NCBI GenBank assembly: GCA_010093995.1
Contig: ML992505.1
Span: forward strand, 1,532,670-1,596,669
Direction of reading: 5' to 3'
DNA length: 64,000 bases
Source: Elsinoe ampelina
Lineage: Eukaryota
A program made the translations under genes and the position numbers. The notes under the pieces are model-generated. The model saw only the letters and a program-made list of their open reading frames with translations. It was not told the DNA's origin and searched no databases. Each line of letters begins with the position of its first letter. The stretch's first letter is position 1. Shown here piece by piece: positions 48,098 to 57,715 of this stretch.

Positions 48098-50047
48098 ATG
48101 GATGCCACCTCCAGCAAAGATGCCGTCATGGCAGATTATGACCTTTCGAAGCCTCTACAGGCTGGCGCTGGATTCAAAATGGGCTTGACGAACTATGGCG
48201 ATCAGCATTTTTCTTTGTTCTTGCGTAAAGCATTCATCAAGGCTGCAGGATACAGCGACGATGCTCTATCAAGACCGCTGGTCGGAATTATCAACACTTA
48301 TTCTGGATTCAACCCTTGTCATGCGAACGTGCCACAGCTCATAGAAGCAGCAAAGAGAGGTGTACTTCTGAGTGGCGGCCTGCCTATCGACTTTCCAACA
48401 ATCAGCCTACACGAATCATTTGCCTCTCCCACCAGCATGTACTTACGCAATCTGATGAGTATGGACACCGAGGAGATGATCAAGGCACAGCCAGTGGACG
48501 CAGTCATTACGATTGGTGGCTGGGATAAGACGGTCCCGGCTCAACTCATGGGTGCTATTTCCGCCAACAAACCAGTGCTACCCCTCGTCACGGGTCCCAT
48601 GATGCCAGGCTCATACCGCGGGACCCGGCTAGGAGCATGCACCGATTGTCGCAACAACTGGGCGGCCTACCGAGCTGGAGAGCTCGACATGGAGGATATT
48701 GCCGGCATCAACGAAGAGCTCGCCCCAACATCCGGCACCTGTGGCGTAATGGGCACCGCCAGCACCATGGCCTGCATCACCGCCGCTCTCGGTCTCATGC
48801 CTTTTCGCGGCGCCTCCGCACCGGCCGTCTCCTCCACCCGCCTCCGCATAGCCGAAGAGACAGGCCACAACGCCGTCGCAGCCGCCAAATCTCAAGTCCT
48901 CCCCCAAGATCTCCTCACCTCTGCCTCATTCCACAACGCCATCACCGTCCTCCAAGCCATCGGCGGCTCCACCAACGCCATCGTCCACCTCCTCGCCATC
49001 ATCAACCGCCACCCCCAACTCACCGGCACCATCACCCTCAAGACCATCGACGACATCGGCCGCCGCACCCCATTGATCGTCGACCTCAAACCCAGCGGCG
49101 ACAACTACATGACCGACTTCCACAACGCAGGCGGCATGCTCGCCCTACTCCACACTCTACACCCCCTCCTCGACCTCTCCGCCCGGACCATCTCCTCCTG
49201 CACCCTGGGCGACCTCCTCGCCAAAACCCCCTTCAAACCCTTCCCCTTCTCCCTCTCCATCATCCGACCCCTCACCTCCCCTCTGCACCCCTCCTCCTCC
49301 CTGGTAGTCCTGAAAGGCAACCTCGCCCCCAACGGCGCCGTCCTCAAAGCCTCGGCGTCAAAATACCGACACCTCCTCTCGCACTCCGGCCCGGCCGTCG
49401 TGTTCCGCAACACGGCCGACCTGGCCGCGCGTATCGACGACCCGGACCTCGACGTCACGGAGGCGTCGGTGCTGGTGTTGCAGAATATAGGTCCGAAGGG
49501 GAATCCAGGCATGCCGGAAGCAGGGGTCATTCCTATCCCGCGCAAGCTGGCTGCCAAGGGCGTTAAGGATATGCTGCGGATCAGCGATGGGAGGATGTCT
49601 GGTACGGCAGGGGGCACGATAGTGTTGCATGTGAGTCCTGAGGCCGGGGTGGGGGGGAGTCCGCTGGGGTGTGTGAGGGATGGGGATGTGGTGGGGGTTG
49701 ATGTCGAGGGGAGGAGGGTGTGGGTTGAGGTTGGGGAGGAGGAGATGAGGAAGAGGATGGTGGAGGGGGTGGAGAGGGAGATGGTGGAGGAGGGGAGGCG
49801 GAAGGCAGAGGAGATGAAGGTGGGAAGGGTAGGGGTGAGAGGGAGGGGGTATAGGTGGTTGTTTGAGAAACATGTGAATCAGGCGGAGGAGGGGTGCGAT
49901 TTCGATTTCTTGACGGCGAGGGGTCCGAAGGAGGATGAGAAGGAGGAAGTCATGGAGGGGGATGAGGAGGTGCAGGAGTTGCAGGAGCAGGTGCGAATGT
50001 ATCGAAATACTTGCGGTGGAGATGGCAGTGAAGATATCATGGCGTAG
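48098..50047 (+). CDS. IlvD/Edd-family dehydratase (sugar-acid dehydratase type), intronless; GCDKT reads GWDKT
   Basis: NPCH, LRNLMSMDTEE, GGWDKT, GTCGVMGTASTM, AIGGSTN, GNLAP, GMPE, SDGRMSGT. No mitochondrial presequence, so not ILV3. Confidence 0.9.
   Translation: MDATSSKDAVMADYDLSKPLQAGAGFKMGLTNYGDQHFSLFLRKAFIKAAGYSDDALSRPLVGIINTYSGFNPCHANVPQLIEAAKRGVLLSGGLPIDFPTISLHESFASPTSMYLRNLMSMDTEEMIKAQPVDAVITIGGWDKTVPAQLMGAISANKPVLPLVTGPMMPGSYRGTRLGACTDCRNNWAAYRAGELDMEDIAGINEELAPTSGTCGVMGTASTMACITAALGLMPFRGASAPAVSSTRLRIAEETGHNAVAAAKSQVLPQDLLTSASFHNAITVLQAIGGSTNAIVHLLAIINRHPQLTGTITLKTIDDIGRRTPLIVDLKPSGDNYMTDFHNAGGMLALLHTLHPLLDLSARTISSCTLGDLLAKTPFKPFPFSLSIIRPLTSPLHPSSSLVVLKGNLAPNGAVLKASASKYRHLLSHSGPAVVFRNTADLAARIDDPDLDVTEASVLVLQNIGPKGNPGMPEAGVIPIPRKLAAKGVKDMLRISDGRMSGTAGGTIVLHVSPEAGVGGSPLGCVRDGDVVGVDVEGRRVWVEVGEEEMRKRMVEGVEREMVEEGRRKAEEMKVGRVGVRGRGYRWLFEKHVNQAEEGCDFDFLTARGPKEDEKEEVMEGDEEVQELQEQVRMYRNTCGGDGSEDIMA
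48780..50000. other. Skew-switch domain (switch ~49460)
   Basis: C-rich 48780-49450, G-rich 49620-50000. Confidence 0.85.
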
Positions 50048-50089
50048 ATCTAGCGGCTAACACTAATATTGAGTCCGAATAGCTACCAG

Positions 50090-50940
50090 AACTTCCATCT
50101 ACAACCCCTGATTCCTAATCGCATCATAACTCGCCTGATACAACCCACACCTAAAATCCACCTGTCCCGACGGAACAATCGTCGCTCCACTTGACCTAAG
50201 CCCACCAATATCCCCAAGCACCGCCAGGTTATAACTCCCACTCGTCCTCTGCCCCTCCCCATCCTGATACAACCCACCAATCTCCTGCTGATTCGCCCCC
50301 AACAAAACCGGCCCGGCCACACCGACATCCACTGCGTTCCAACCCGGTCCTCCGGCAGGGTTCCGCGCGAACCGACCCCATACGCTCTGCATGTACTGCG
50401 TGAGAGCGTACTCTTGCACCGTGGTGTTGAACTTGTCGTACGTCCTGAAGACGATCGGGATTTCACTTGCGTGGTAAGCGCCGAGGTTTGGCAGGGCCTG
50501 GGTGTTTGCGAAGGAGGCGTTGAAGTAGTACCTCCACGACGGGATGCGGGCGGTGGCCGAGTCGTTGAGCATGGCTGCTTGAGGGCATTGGAAGGCGAAT
50601 TCGGTGAAGATCTGCGAGATGACGTCGTAGGGTGTGTTGAGACCGCCGGAGCCTTGGGGGTAGGCGGCGAGGAAGGCGGAGATGATGGTTTCGTTGGCGC
50701 CGAAGGTGGTGGTGAGGAATCGGCGCGTGTCGTTTTGGCCGATTTGGAAGACGCGGCCTTCTTGGCTGTTTGTGCCGGCTAGGACGGGGACGAAGGCGAT
50801 GTTACCGGAACGGCGGGCTTGGGCCGGGTTGGAGACGAGCGTGAGGTTGTCGACGCCGGGGTTGAAGGTGAGTTGGTTGCGTTGGATAATGTCCTTGACT
50901 TGAGTGGCGTTGGCAGCACGGACGCAGGTGAGGTTATTGG
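50090..50940. other. Skew-switch domain (switch ~50400)
   Basis: C-rich 50090-50380, G-rich 50460-50940, inside a - strand gene. Confidence 0.75.
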
Positions 50941-51814
50941 AGAAGGTGCCCGGGCAGTTGAGAGTCGCGGTCAGGTTGAGCCAGGGGCCGAATCCGACTT
51001 GTGGTGGTGTACGGCGGTAGCTGTATTGACCAGACTGGAGGATGGCGCCACGGAATGGTGGGCTGGAGTCGCGGGGAAAGCTGGTCAGGAGGGCATCGAC
51101 GGAGAAGGCGCCGGCAGATTCACCGAAGATAGTGACTTTCTTTGGGTCGCCACCGAAGGCGGCAATGTTGCGTTGAACCCAGTCAAGAGCAGCTCGCTGG
51201 TCAACGAAGCCCAGATTGCGGCCTGTAGCATTGAGCTCGGGCGAGGCAGGGAAGCCAAAGACTAGGATATGTTAGATCTGCCCGCAGGGATCGGGGGTGT
51301 GATGCTGACCGTTGGTGCGGTAGTTGGTCGTGACTACAATGACGTCTTCGTAGGAAGCAAAGTAGCTACCATCGTATGCATCTTGGCCAGCATTGCCAAA
51401 CTGCAGAGATCCGCCGTAGATCCAGAAGAGCACCGATCGAGCATTATGCGGCGAGACTGGCGAGTCTGGGGCAAAGACGTTAAGGTACAAGCAGTCCTCG
51501 CTCTCGGGTGGTGGAGGGTTGTTAAAGGCGCGCTCTGCTGTCGGCGTCAAGAACTGCTGAACGCAAGCAGCGCTGAACTGGGTCGCCTGACGAGGTGCTG
51601 AGCCATATGGGCTCTCCCTGACTGGTGGAGAGAATCGTTCTGGCGGCGACTGCGCGAAGGGAACACCGAGGAACTTGTTGACAGCCGCGGTGGCTGTTGG
51701 CAGCTGAGTCTTGACACCAATGAGCACACCCGAATCAATGGTAGCTGTAGGTGCATCTTGAGCAGAGACCGCCGCAATGAGCGAGCAGGCCGCGAGAAAG
51801 GTAGAAGCCAACAT
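50099..51814 (-). CDS. Secreted carboxylesterase type B (lipase/cholinesterase-like), 2 exons
   Basis: Signal peptide, FLGVPFA, SEDCLYLNV, WIYGG, NYRTNVFGF, FGGDPKKVTIFGESAG, YHASEI. Intron 51310-51262. Confidence 0.92.
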
Positions 51815-52717
51815 CTCGAACAGCTGATGACAGGATGGTACGATCGTGTGAAAAGAAGCAAGACAAGCCAGGCCCGACACCTACCTATATAGATCTGCCA
51901 GATCCAAGCAGACGGCACCCACGTTACCCAAACATGACGACTTGTCGGGACGCCCACTGACTCGAAATATGCAATATGAGTCCCCGCGTGGCATGCAGAC
52001 GGACGAGCGACCGAGGATCTGACCAGGGTAAGCAGGGACTAGACAGCAGACAGCAAATGAAATAGCAGGCCTGTTTCGACCGAGGCACGAAAAGTAGAGA
52101 GCTGGAAGGAAATTGAAGGCGGACTCAAGTCTGGATAGCTCCCACACGTGGTCTAGCGGCGGGGTTCGACTGCCGCTATTCATCCTGTATTGGGCCTAAC
52201 CCCCGTTCATCAATCCACGACGTCACTGTGCTTGGTATTGGAACTGCAATTTCATTCCGTCGGCGGTGTTGTGATGTGGGTGATTCTGGTTCCGAGCAAA
52301 GAGGATGCGGTCAGAAGCGGCATCCTAGGTGATAGACCAGTGCGGATGATGAAGATATCCGAGTCGCCGTGGTCGACAGAGGAAAAAATGACAAGACGTC
52401 GTTCCCCACTACCCCGATGTGTTTTTTTTGCTTTGTGGAGCCGCCGCATCGACCCCAGATTTGGAGCAGAAACACATCTCGAGCAACCAGAGCCGAGGCA
52501 CTGTAGCCAGACTTCATTGCTCTTGAGTCCTCAAGCAAACGCATCACGTGGCGTGTCTCTCTGGCAATGGTGGTCATTTCGCACGGCATGGAGTTTTGGC
52601 TGTCTGTCTATTCGGCAAGACCTGCTCTCCACCTTGCTAGACGTATAGCAAGCAGTCCGCCAGATTCTGCGTGCTCTAGCGATTTCCTGCTCTCCAACAG
52701 CCAACAGAGGACACCGT

Positions 52718-53494
52718 TCACCCCTGGTTGTACGGCGTGATTGAGACACCGTTTTGTAGGCTCTTATTATCGTCGTCCGCCCAGGTACCATCCTTCTGTA
52801 TCACGACTGAGGCCCTCGGGACGCTGCAGTCCTCGAAGCTGACCTTCACGAATGGACCCAATGCCGAGCGATCGATGATCTGGCCAGGCTGCAAATCACC
52901 GGTGCCGACGTAGTGAATCATCTTCGGAAAAACGATGGTGTTCACACTAGGTTCGACTGCGAACGTGGCGACCGGCACGACATTATCGGCGTTCATGGGG
53001 TCAGCTGCACCCACTCCGATAAAGTCCGTATCTGTTGAGCATTCAGGACCATGATGGTCTTACAGCACTGGAGCATGTTATCTTACCTTTGTCGACGGGG
53101 ATACTCCTGTCGGTGATCATTCGGAACCCGCCTGGCTCGGAACTTCGACGTCCATTCACAGCAGTATCGTCCCACTTGAGTTCCGAGTCGCAACCGCCAA
53201 TGCGATGACTGAACCACCTGGACCAAATGTGATCTTCTTGTAGCTCGTCGCCAAAACCCTGGACACACCAGCTTGACTTTTATTGACCCCAAAGACGGCA
53301 TAGAAGGCGTTGTTCAATTCGAAAGTGATCGTGCTCGATCCGTCAGACGCAGCAGCTGCTTTGGGACTGACCGCGTAGACGTTGTTGTTGACTTCGGAAG
53401 ACAGATTGTTCTGTATCTGGACCTCCTGGAACAGGAAAAATTTGCAAGGCAGGTATTTGTTCCTGATCTTGAGCTGGCAAGTAATGGAAGCCAT
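52718..53494 (-). pseudogene. Beta-rich hypothetical protein gene with one frameshift (~53190) and one intron
   Basis: MASITCQLKIRNK...VIALAV shifts frame to DSELKWDDTAVNG...DRSIPVDK. Intron 53086-53032 then joins DTDFIGVGAADP...DGTW...NQG* in frame. Confidence 0.6.
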
Positions 53495-54354
53495 GTTAAA
53501 AATGTGCCAGTTGCTTTGCACTAAAGAGCACCGCGGAGACTTGGGGTCTGAAAATTTTTGGAGGAGGAGCCAAGGGATGTCGTCAAGTAACTTACATACG
53601 ATGCAGCACCATGAGCGGCCAACAACATGCAGTGAGTGATGCTGCAGATGACCCGTTCACGTTTGAAACTGAATCCCCCTTCCAATGATGGGAATGTGTT
53701 CTTATGGTGACGAGTATCCCCCGCATCTTGCATTCAGATGTGGTGCCTGGCAACAAAAATATGAGTATTCTGAGTGCTTCATGCAGGACAGTTGAGCTAG
53801 TAGCGCCATGACATGTGGGTCGACGTTCTTCAGCTCTGCTGTACAACCCAGGGGTTCCGATTGCTAGCGACAAGTGGCCGCAAGGCCACCCAACACTAGC
53901 ACAGGAAACGATCAACCCATGGAGACCAAAATTGACCAGCTTGGTTATGATGCGCTGCTCCGTTGGACGGCCAATGTCGTACTGTGTCCAGAGACGCAGA
54001 TCACAATGTCATGTATCGATTCCTTGACTTCCCTATTCCTTTTGGCGATTCGACATTTACTGTCAATTCTCGAGGCCGGCAGAAGCCTCGTGCAATAGTC
54101 GGATGTGGATGCCGCTGGGTCTACCTGAAGGCCTCTTGCCTATCTAAGTGGTCCCAGATACAATATCTTGATCTTCACCGCGCGGATGGGCGGGGGAGGC
54201 TCGCTGCCTGGTAGATTCTGACACCTTGTTGCTCGTAAAAGCCCTCTCCGGCATTCCTGCGGGATGGATCTTCAATGGGCCTAGCGAAGGGGATGCATCC
54301 GTTTATCGATTCTCAAGTAAGCTTCCAATGGACGGACGAGGTTGGGCTCGATCT

Positions 54355-55962
54355 TTATCGTTTCGTCCTTTTCTTCGACGTTCCGCCAGTACCATTCGTT
54401 TGTTCCCAGCTCTGTTCCGTTTGCTGTAGACTCCGCATCTCCTGTGCGAGCTTCTCCTTGCTGGGTGTGCCGTTGACACCATTTCCATGGCCCTCGAGCT
54501 TCCGGATCTGCGAGAACGAAGCTTTCTGCAACTTCTGTAACGCAGCAATCTGTGACTTGAGTGTGGCATTCTCAGCTTCGAGACTAGACTGTCCATTCTC
54601 TGCTCCATTCTCATCGAGAGCCATAAAGTCCGCTTGCTGCTCTGGCAGCGTCGCGGAGCTTGCCTTTTGATGCCAACTCGCCATATCTGCGATACTGTCC
54701 GCCAGAATATCCTCTGGGAAGGCCGGATGGGACAAGCTTCTCTCGAAGTCGCTCTGTTGGCTTCTGGGCTCCTCCGCCGCCGAGAAGCGTTGGAATGGTA
54801 ATCGCCCGACAAGATGGGCTGTGAGCTTGTAGTTGGCTGGCATCTGTCCGTCCATCGAGTCTAGCTCCCCGAATTTCGGCTTGACCACCTCTTTGATTTT
54901 CAGCACAGGTTGCTCTTCGTTGACGAATCCTTGTACCGGAAGCATCTCGATATTAGTGATTGGTCCAGGAAGTGACGTAGAAGTCAGCTGAGCGTGGAAT
55001 GATTTCGACGGTATATCCCAGACAATTATCTTCCCTGATGCGTGACCAGTAATTAGTTTCGTGCTGTCGTAGCTCACCCCCATAGACATGATCTCCCCAA
55101 GCTCTTCTCCTGGCTTGGGCCACTTCTGGCTATCCGAGACCTGCACCACCTGGTTCCTCTGCTCCTCGTCCCATACCACATTCCTGATCGCATTCTCTCC
55201 TTTGTCCGTCCGAAAAAAGTCCACACCCACCACCGTCCCGTCTTGGAACCCCACAAACACCGCCCTCTCACAAATGTCCAACACCACACACCTCGGCGCC
55301 TCGGGCAACAACACCGTCATCAACCTCGTCCCCCTCTTATAATCCCACACCCTCACCCCATCCCCAGCCACCGAAACAGCCAAACTGCTCCCAACCCTCA
55401 CGTCCCTCACCGCCTCCCTATGGCCCCTTAAAGTCCTCACCGGCGCCCTCTTCGCAAACTCCAAACTCTCCCCCACATCCCCCCAGCTCCTCACCGCTCC
55501 CAGATTCCATACGCAAATATTCCCATCCTCACTCGCAGACAACGCAAAGCCCTTGCCATCCGCCCGCAATACACTCACAGGTCCCAAGTGCGCTTCCCCC
55601 GTCTTCACCGTCCTCCCACTCAACGTCTCCCACACAATCACCGCCCCGCTCTCCGTCCCGCAGAGCAGCGTGAACCCATCATCCACCAGCGCGAGGGAGG
55701 TGATCCGCTCCTTGAACGGGACTGTCGTCTGGAGAGCGCCTGTATCGCGGGAGTACACATGCACAAGGGCTTTGTCGGATTGTGCGGCGAAGATATGGGA
55801 GCGGGAAACGGCGAGGCAGTGCGGGGCGGTGGAGGACTTTTTGTAGGTCGTGAGGAGGGTGGGTTGGGGCGCGAGGCGGTGGTGGAAGAGGGAGGCGTCT
55901 TTTGGGAGGGAGGTGGTGGTGGAGGGGGTGGCGAGGGAGAGGAGGAGGGATTCGGTCAGCAT
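54355..55962 (-). CDS. IPI3: Pre-rRNA processing Rix1-complex WD40 protein Ipi3 (WDR18)
   Basis: MLTESLL...YKKSST..HCLAVSRSHIFAAQSDKALVHVY, WD repeats (AHLGPVSVL, GHREAV), C-terminal coiled coil. Confidence 0.85.
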   Translation of the reverse strand: MLTESLLLSLATPSTTTSLPKDASLFHHRLAPQPTLLTTYKKSSTAPHCLAVSRSHIFAAQSDKALVHVYSRDTGALQTTVPFKERITSLALVDDGFTLLCGTESGAVIVWETLSGRTVKTGEAHLGPVSVLRADGKGFALSASEDGNICVWNLGAVRSWGDVGESLEFAKRAPVRTLRGHREAVRDVRVGSSLAVSVAGDGVRVWDYKRGTRLMTVLLPEAPRCVVLDICERAVFVGFQDGTVVGVDFFRTDKGENAIRNVVWDEEQRNQVVQVSDSQKWPKPGEELGEIMSMGVSYDSTKLITGHASGKIIVWDIPSKSFHAQLTSTSLPGPITNIEMLPVQGFVNEEQPVLKIKEVVKPKFGELDSMDGQMPANYKLTAHLVGRLPFQRFSAAEEPRSQQSDFERSLSHPAFPEDILADSIADMASWHQKASSATLPEQQADFMALDENGAENGQSSLEAENATLKSQIAALQKLQKASFSQIRKLEGHGNGVNGTPSKEKLAQEMRSLQQTEQSWEQTNGTGGTSKKRTKR

Positions 55963-56110
55963 TGTTGGTTCTGACCGCGCGGGAGTTGTGGAGGTTGCGT
56001 GGTGGGAGGAGAAGAATGTGAGGTTTGCTATGGGATTTTTTTTGGTGGAGCTCTGGATGGGGGGAAAGTTTAGCCGGGGTTCGCCGCGGAGGTTTGCGGT
56101 CGGCGAGAAG
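55150..56110. other. Skew-switch domain (switch ~55700)
   Basis: C-rich 55150-55690, G-rich 55790-56110, extending beyond the IPI3 start codon. Confidence 0.85.
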
Positions 56111-56138
56111 ATGGGTTCTTTAGAACTATGTACATTTA

Positions 56139-57071
56139 TTACTTTCCAACGAAGCTCAAGACCGCATCTATGAAGGACTCTGGATTCTCCTCCGCTATCC
56201 AATGGCCGCTTTTCGCGACCGTCACAGCCTTCACATCCGTGTACATCTCCAGAGCCTGCTCTTCCGCTATTCTCGACAAGAAGCTGCCGTCGCCATTGAG
56301 CGTCATACACTTTACTGGACATTTTCCATTGTCTTCTACCCACTTCCTGTTGTCGACGCAATCTTGATGGAAGCCACGATAAACATCGAAGCCTGATCTC
56401 ATGGCGCCTGGCTGGGCGAAGAGTGACGCGTAGTAATCGATGTCATCGGCACGGAACGCGTTCGCATTGATGCATAGGCGATCGTAGAAGTGCTTGATGT
56501 ACTGACGCTCGCGTCCGAAGGTCAAGGTCTCTGGCAGGTCGGTCTGCCAGTGAAAGGTGAAATGCCAGACGCCCGAATCTTCCTTGACAAACTTGTCGTA
56601 GGTCTTGGTGCCTGGAAGTGGACATTCTCCCCACGTCACCGAGGCCGAGTCGTCTGGAAATCGAGCTGCGTATGCATGGGCAACCATGCCCCCAATGTCA
56701 TGGCCAACTACATGGACCTTCTCTTTGACTCCGAGGTGTTTAGTCAGGAGAGTGTGAATGTCTGTGGCCATTGTGACCTTGTCGTAACCGTCGCGAGGAT
56801 GGGAGGATGTGCCAGCACCGCGATAATCAGGTGCGATGACATGGTATCCAGCATCAGACAGCGGAGTGATGACATGTCGGAATTGATACCAGGTTTCTGG
56901 GTAGCCGTGAATGAGGAGAATTGTGCCTTTCGAGGATGTTCCCTCTGGTGGAGGGCAGGACAGGTAATTGATGGTCACATCGGTAGGTGTGGATGGCGAG
57001 CCAGCAATGTTTACTCTCTGCGTGAGCCATCTGCTCTTCTCAATTGAATCATAGGGAGATCCTGCAGGCAT
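56139..57071 (-). CDS. Alpha/beta hydrolase, epoxide hydrolase-like
   Basis: LLIHGYPET, PDYRGAG, nucleophile elbow GHDIGG, SGHWIAEE. Intronless. Confidence 0.9.
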   Translation of the reverse strand: MPAGSPYDSIEKSRWLTQRVNIAGSPSTPTDVTINYLSCPPPEGTSSKGTILLIHGYPETWYQFRHVITPLSDAGYHVIAPDYRGAGTSSHPRDGYDKVTMATDIHTLLTKHLGVKEKVHVVGHDIGGMVAHAYAARFPDDSASVTWGECPLPGTKTYDKFVKEDSGVWHFTFHWQTDLPETLTFGRERQYIKHFYDRLCINANAFRADDIDYYASLFAQPGAMRSGFDVYRGFHQDCVDNRKWVEDNGKCPVKCMTLNGDGSFLSRIAEEQALEMYTDVKAVTVAKSGHWIAEENPESFIDAVLSFVGK

Positions 57072-57258
57072 GTCCGGGACCGATCAAGGGTATTGGGGAG
57101 AAGAGGTGGATCAGAGATCGAAGAATACTGGGGTTAATTCACCTATCTCATACAGCATGACGCTCGACTTTAAATCATGTCAACCTTCGTCATTCGCAGC
57201 TCCAGACGATGGTCGTCCGCAAGCGACTCCAGGTCCTCTGCAACAGCAAAAACTTTAA

Positions 57259-57274
57259 CCCCGCAGCACCCCGC
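57259..57274. promoter_or_regulatory. Paired CreA/Mig1-type sites (CCCCGC x2) in the divergent hydrolase/transporter promoter
   Basis: ccccgc at 57259 and 57269, the reverse complement of SYGGRG, upstream of a sugar transporter. Confidence 0.35.
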
Positions 57275-57715
57275 GTGGCTGGCATTGCGGCTTGCCGATC
57301 ATGAGAGTTGTGGTTGTCTAGCCCGCTGCAGATCATTATCAGAACTCGCCAGACCTTCCCGAAGACGTGAACTCCTCGTCTCAATTACTGTTCACGCTCT
57401 TTCGATCGGCTCTTGGCCGCCACAGCATCACTTTGACTTGGATACTTTGGACCATCTCGAATGTCATGTCCTGCGCAACTCTATCGGGCATTCCGACGGT
57501 CGAAAGGGAGGAATTTCGTTTCGATTTATCCTTTTCCCCCATGTGTTTGTTGGAGAAGGATTGGATCGATCGTCGGCCATAAAGACTGCTGGTGTTCCCG
57601 GGTGTCTGGTCGTTGTACACCATCGACGTTGTCTGTGGCTTTCGGGCCTACACTCCTTACAGCATCACCCCGTTTCCTACCACTCGTCCGTCATCATACT
57701 CTACTCTCATCCATC

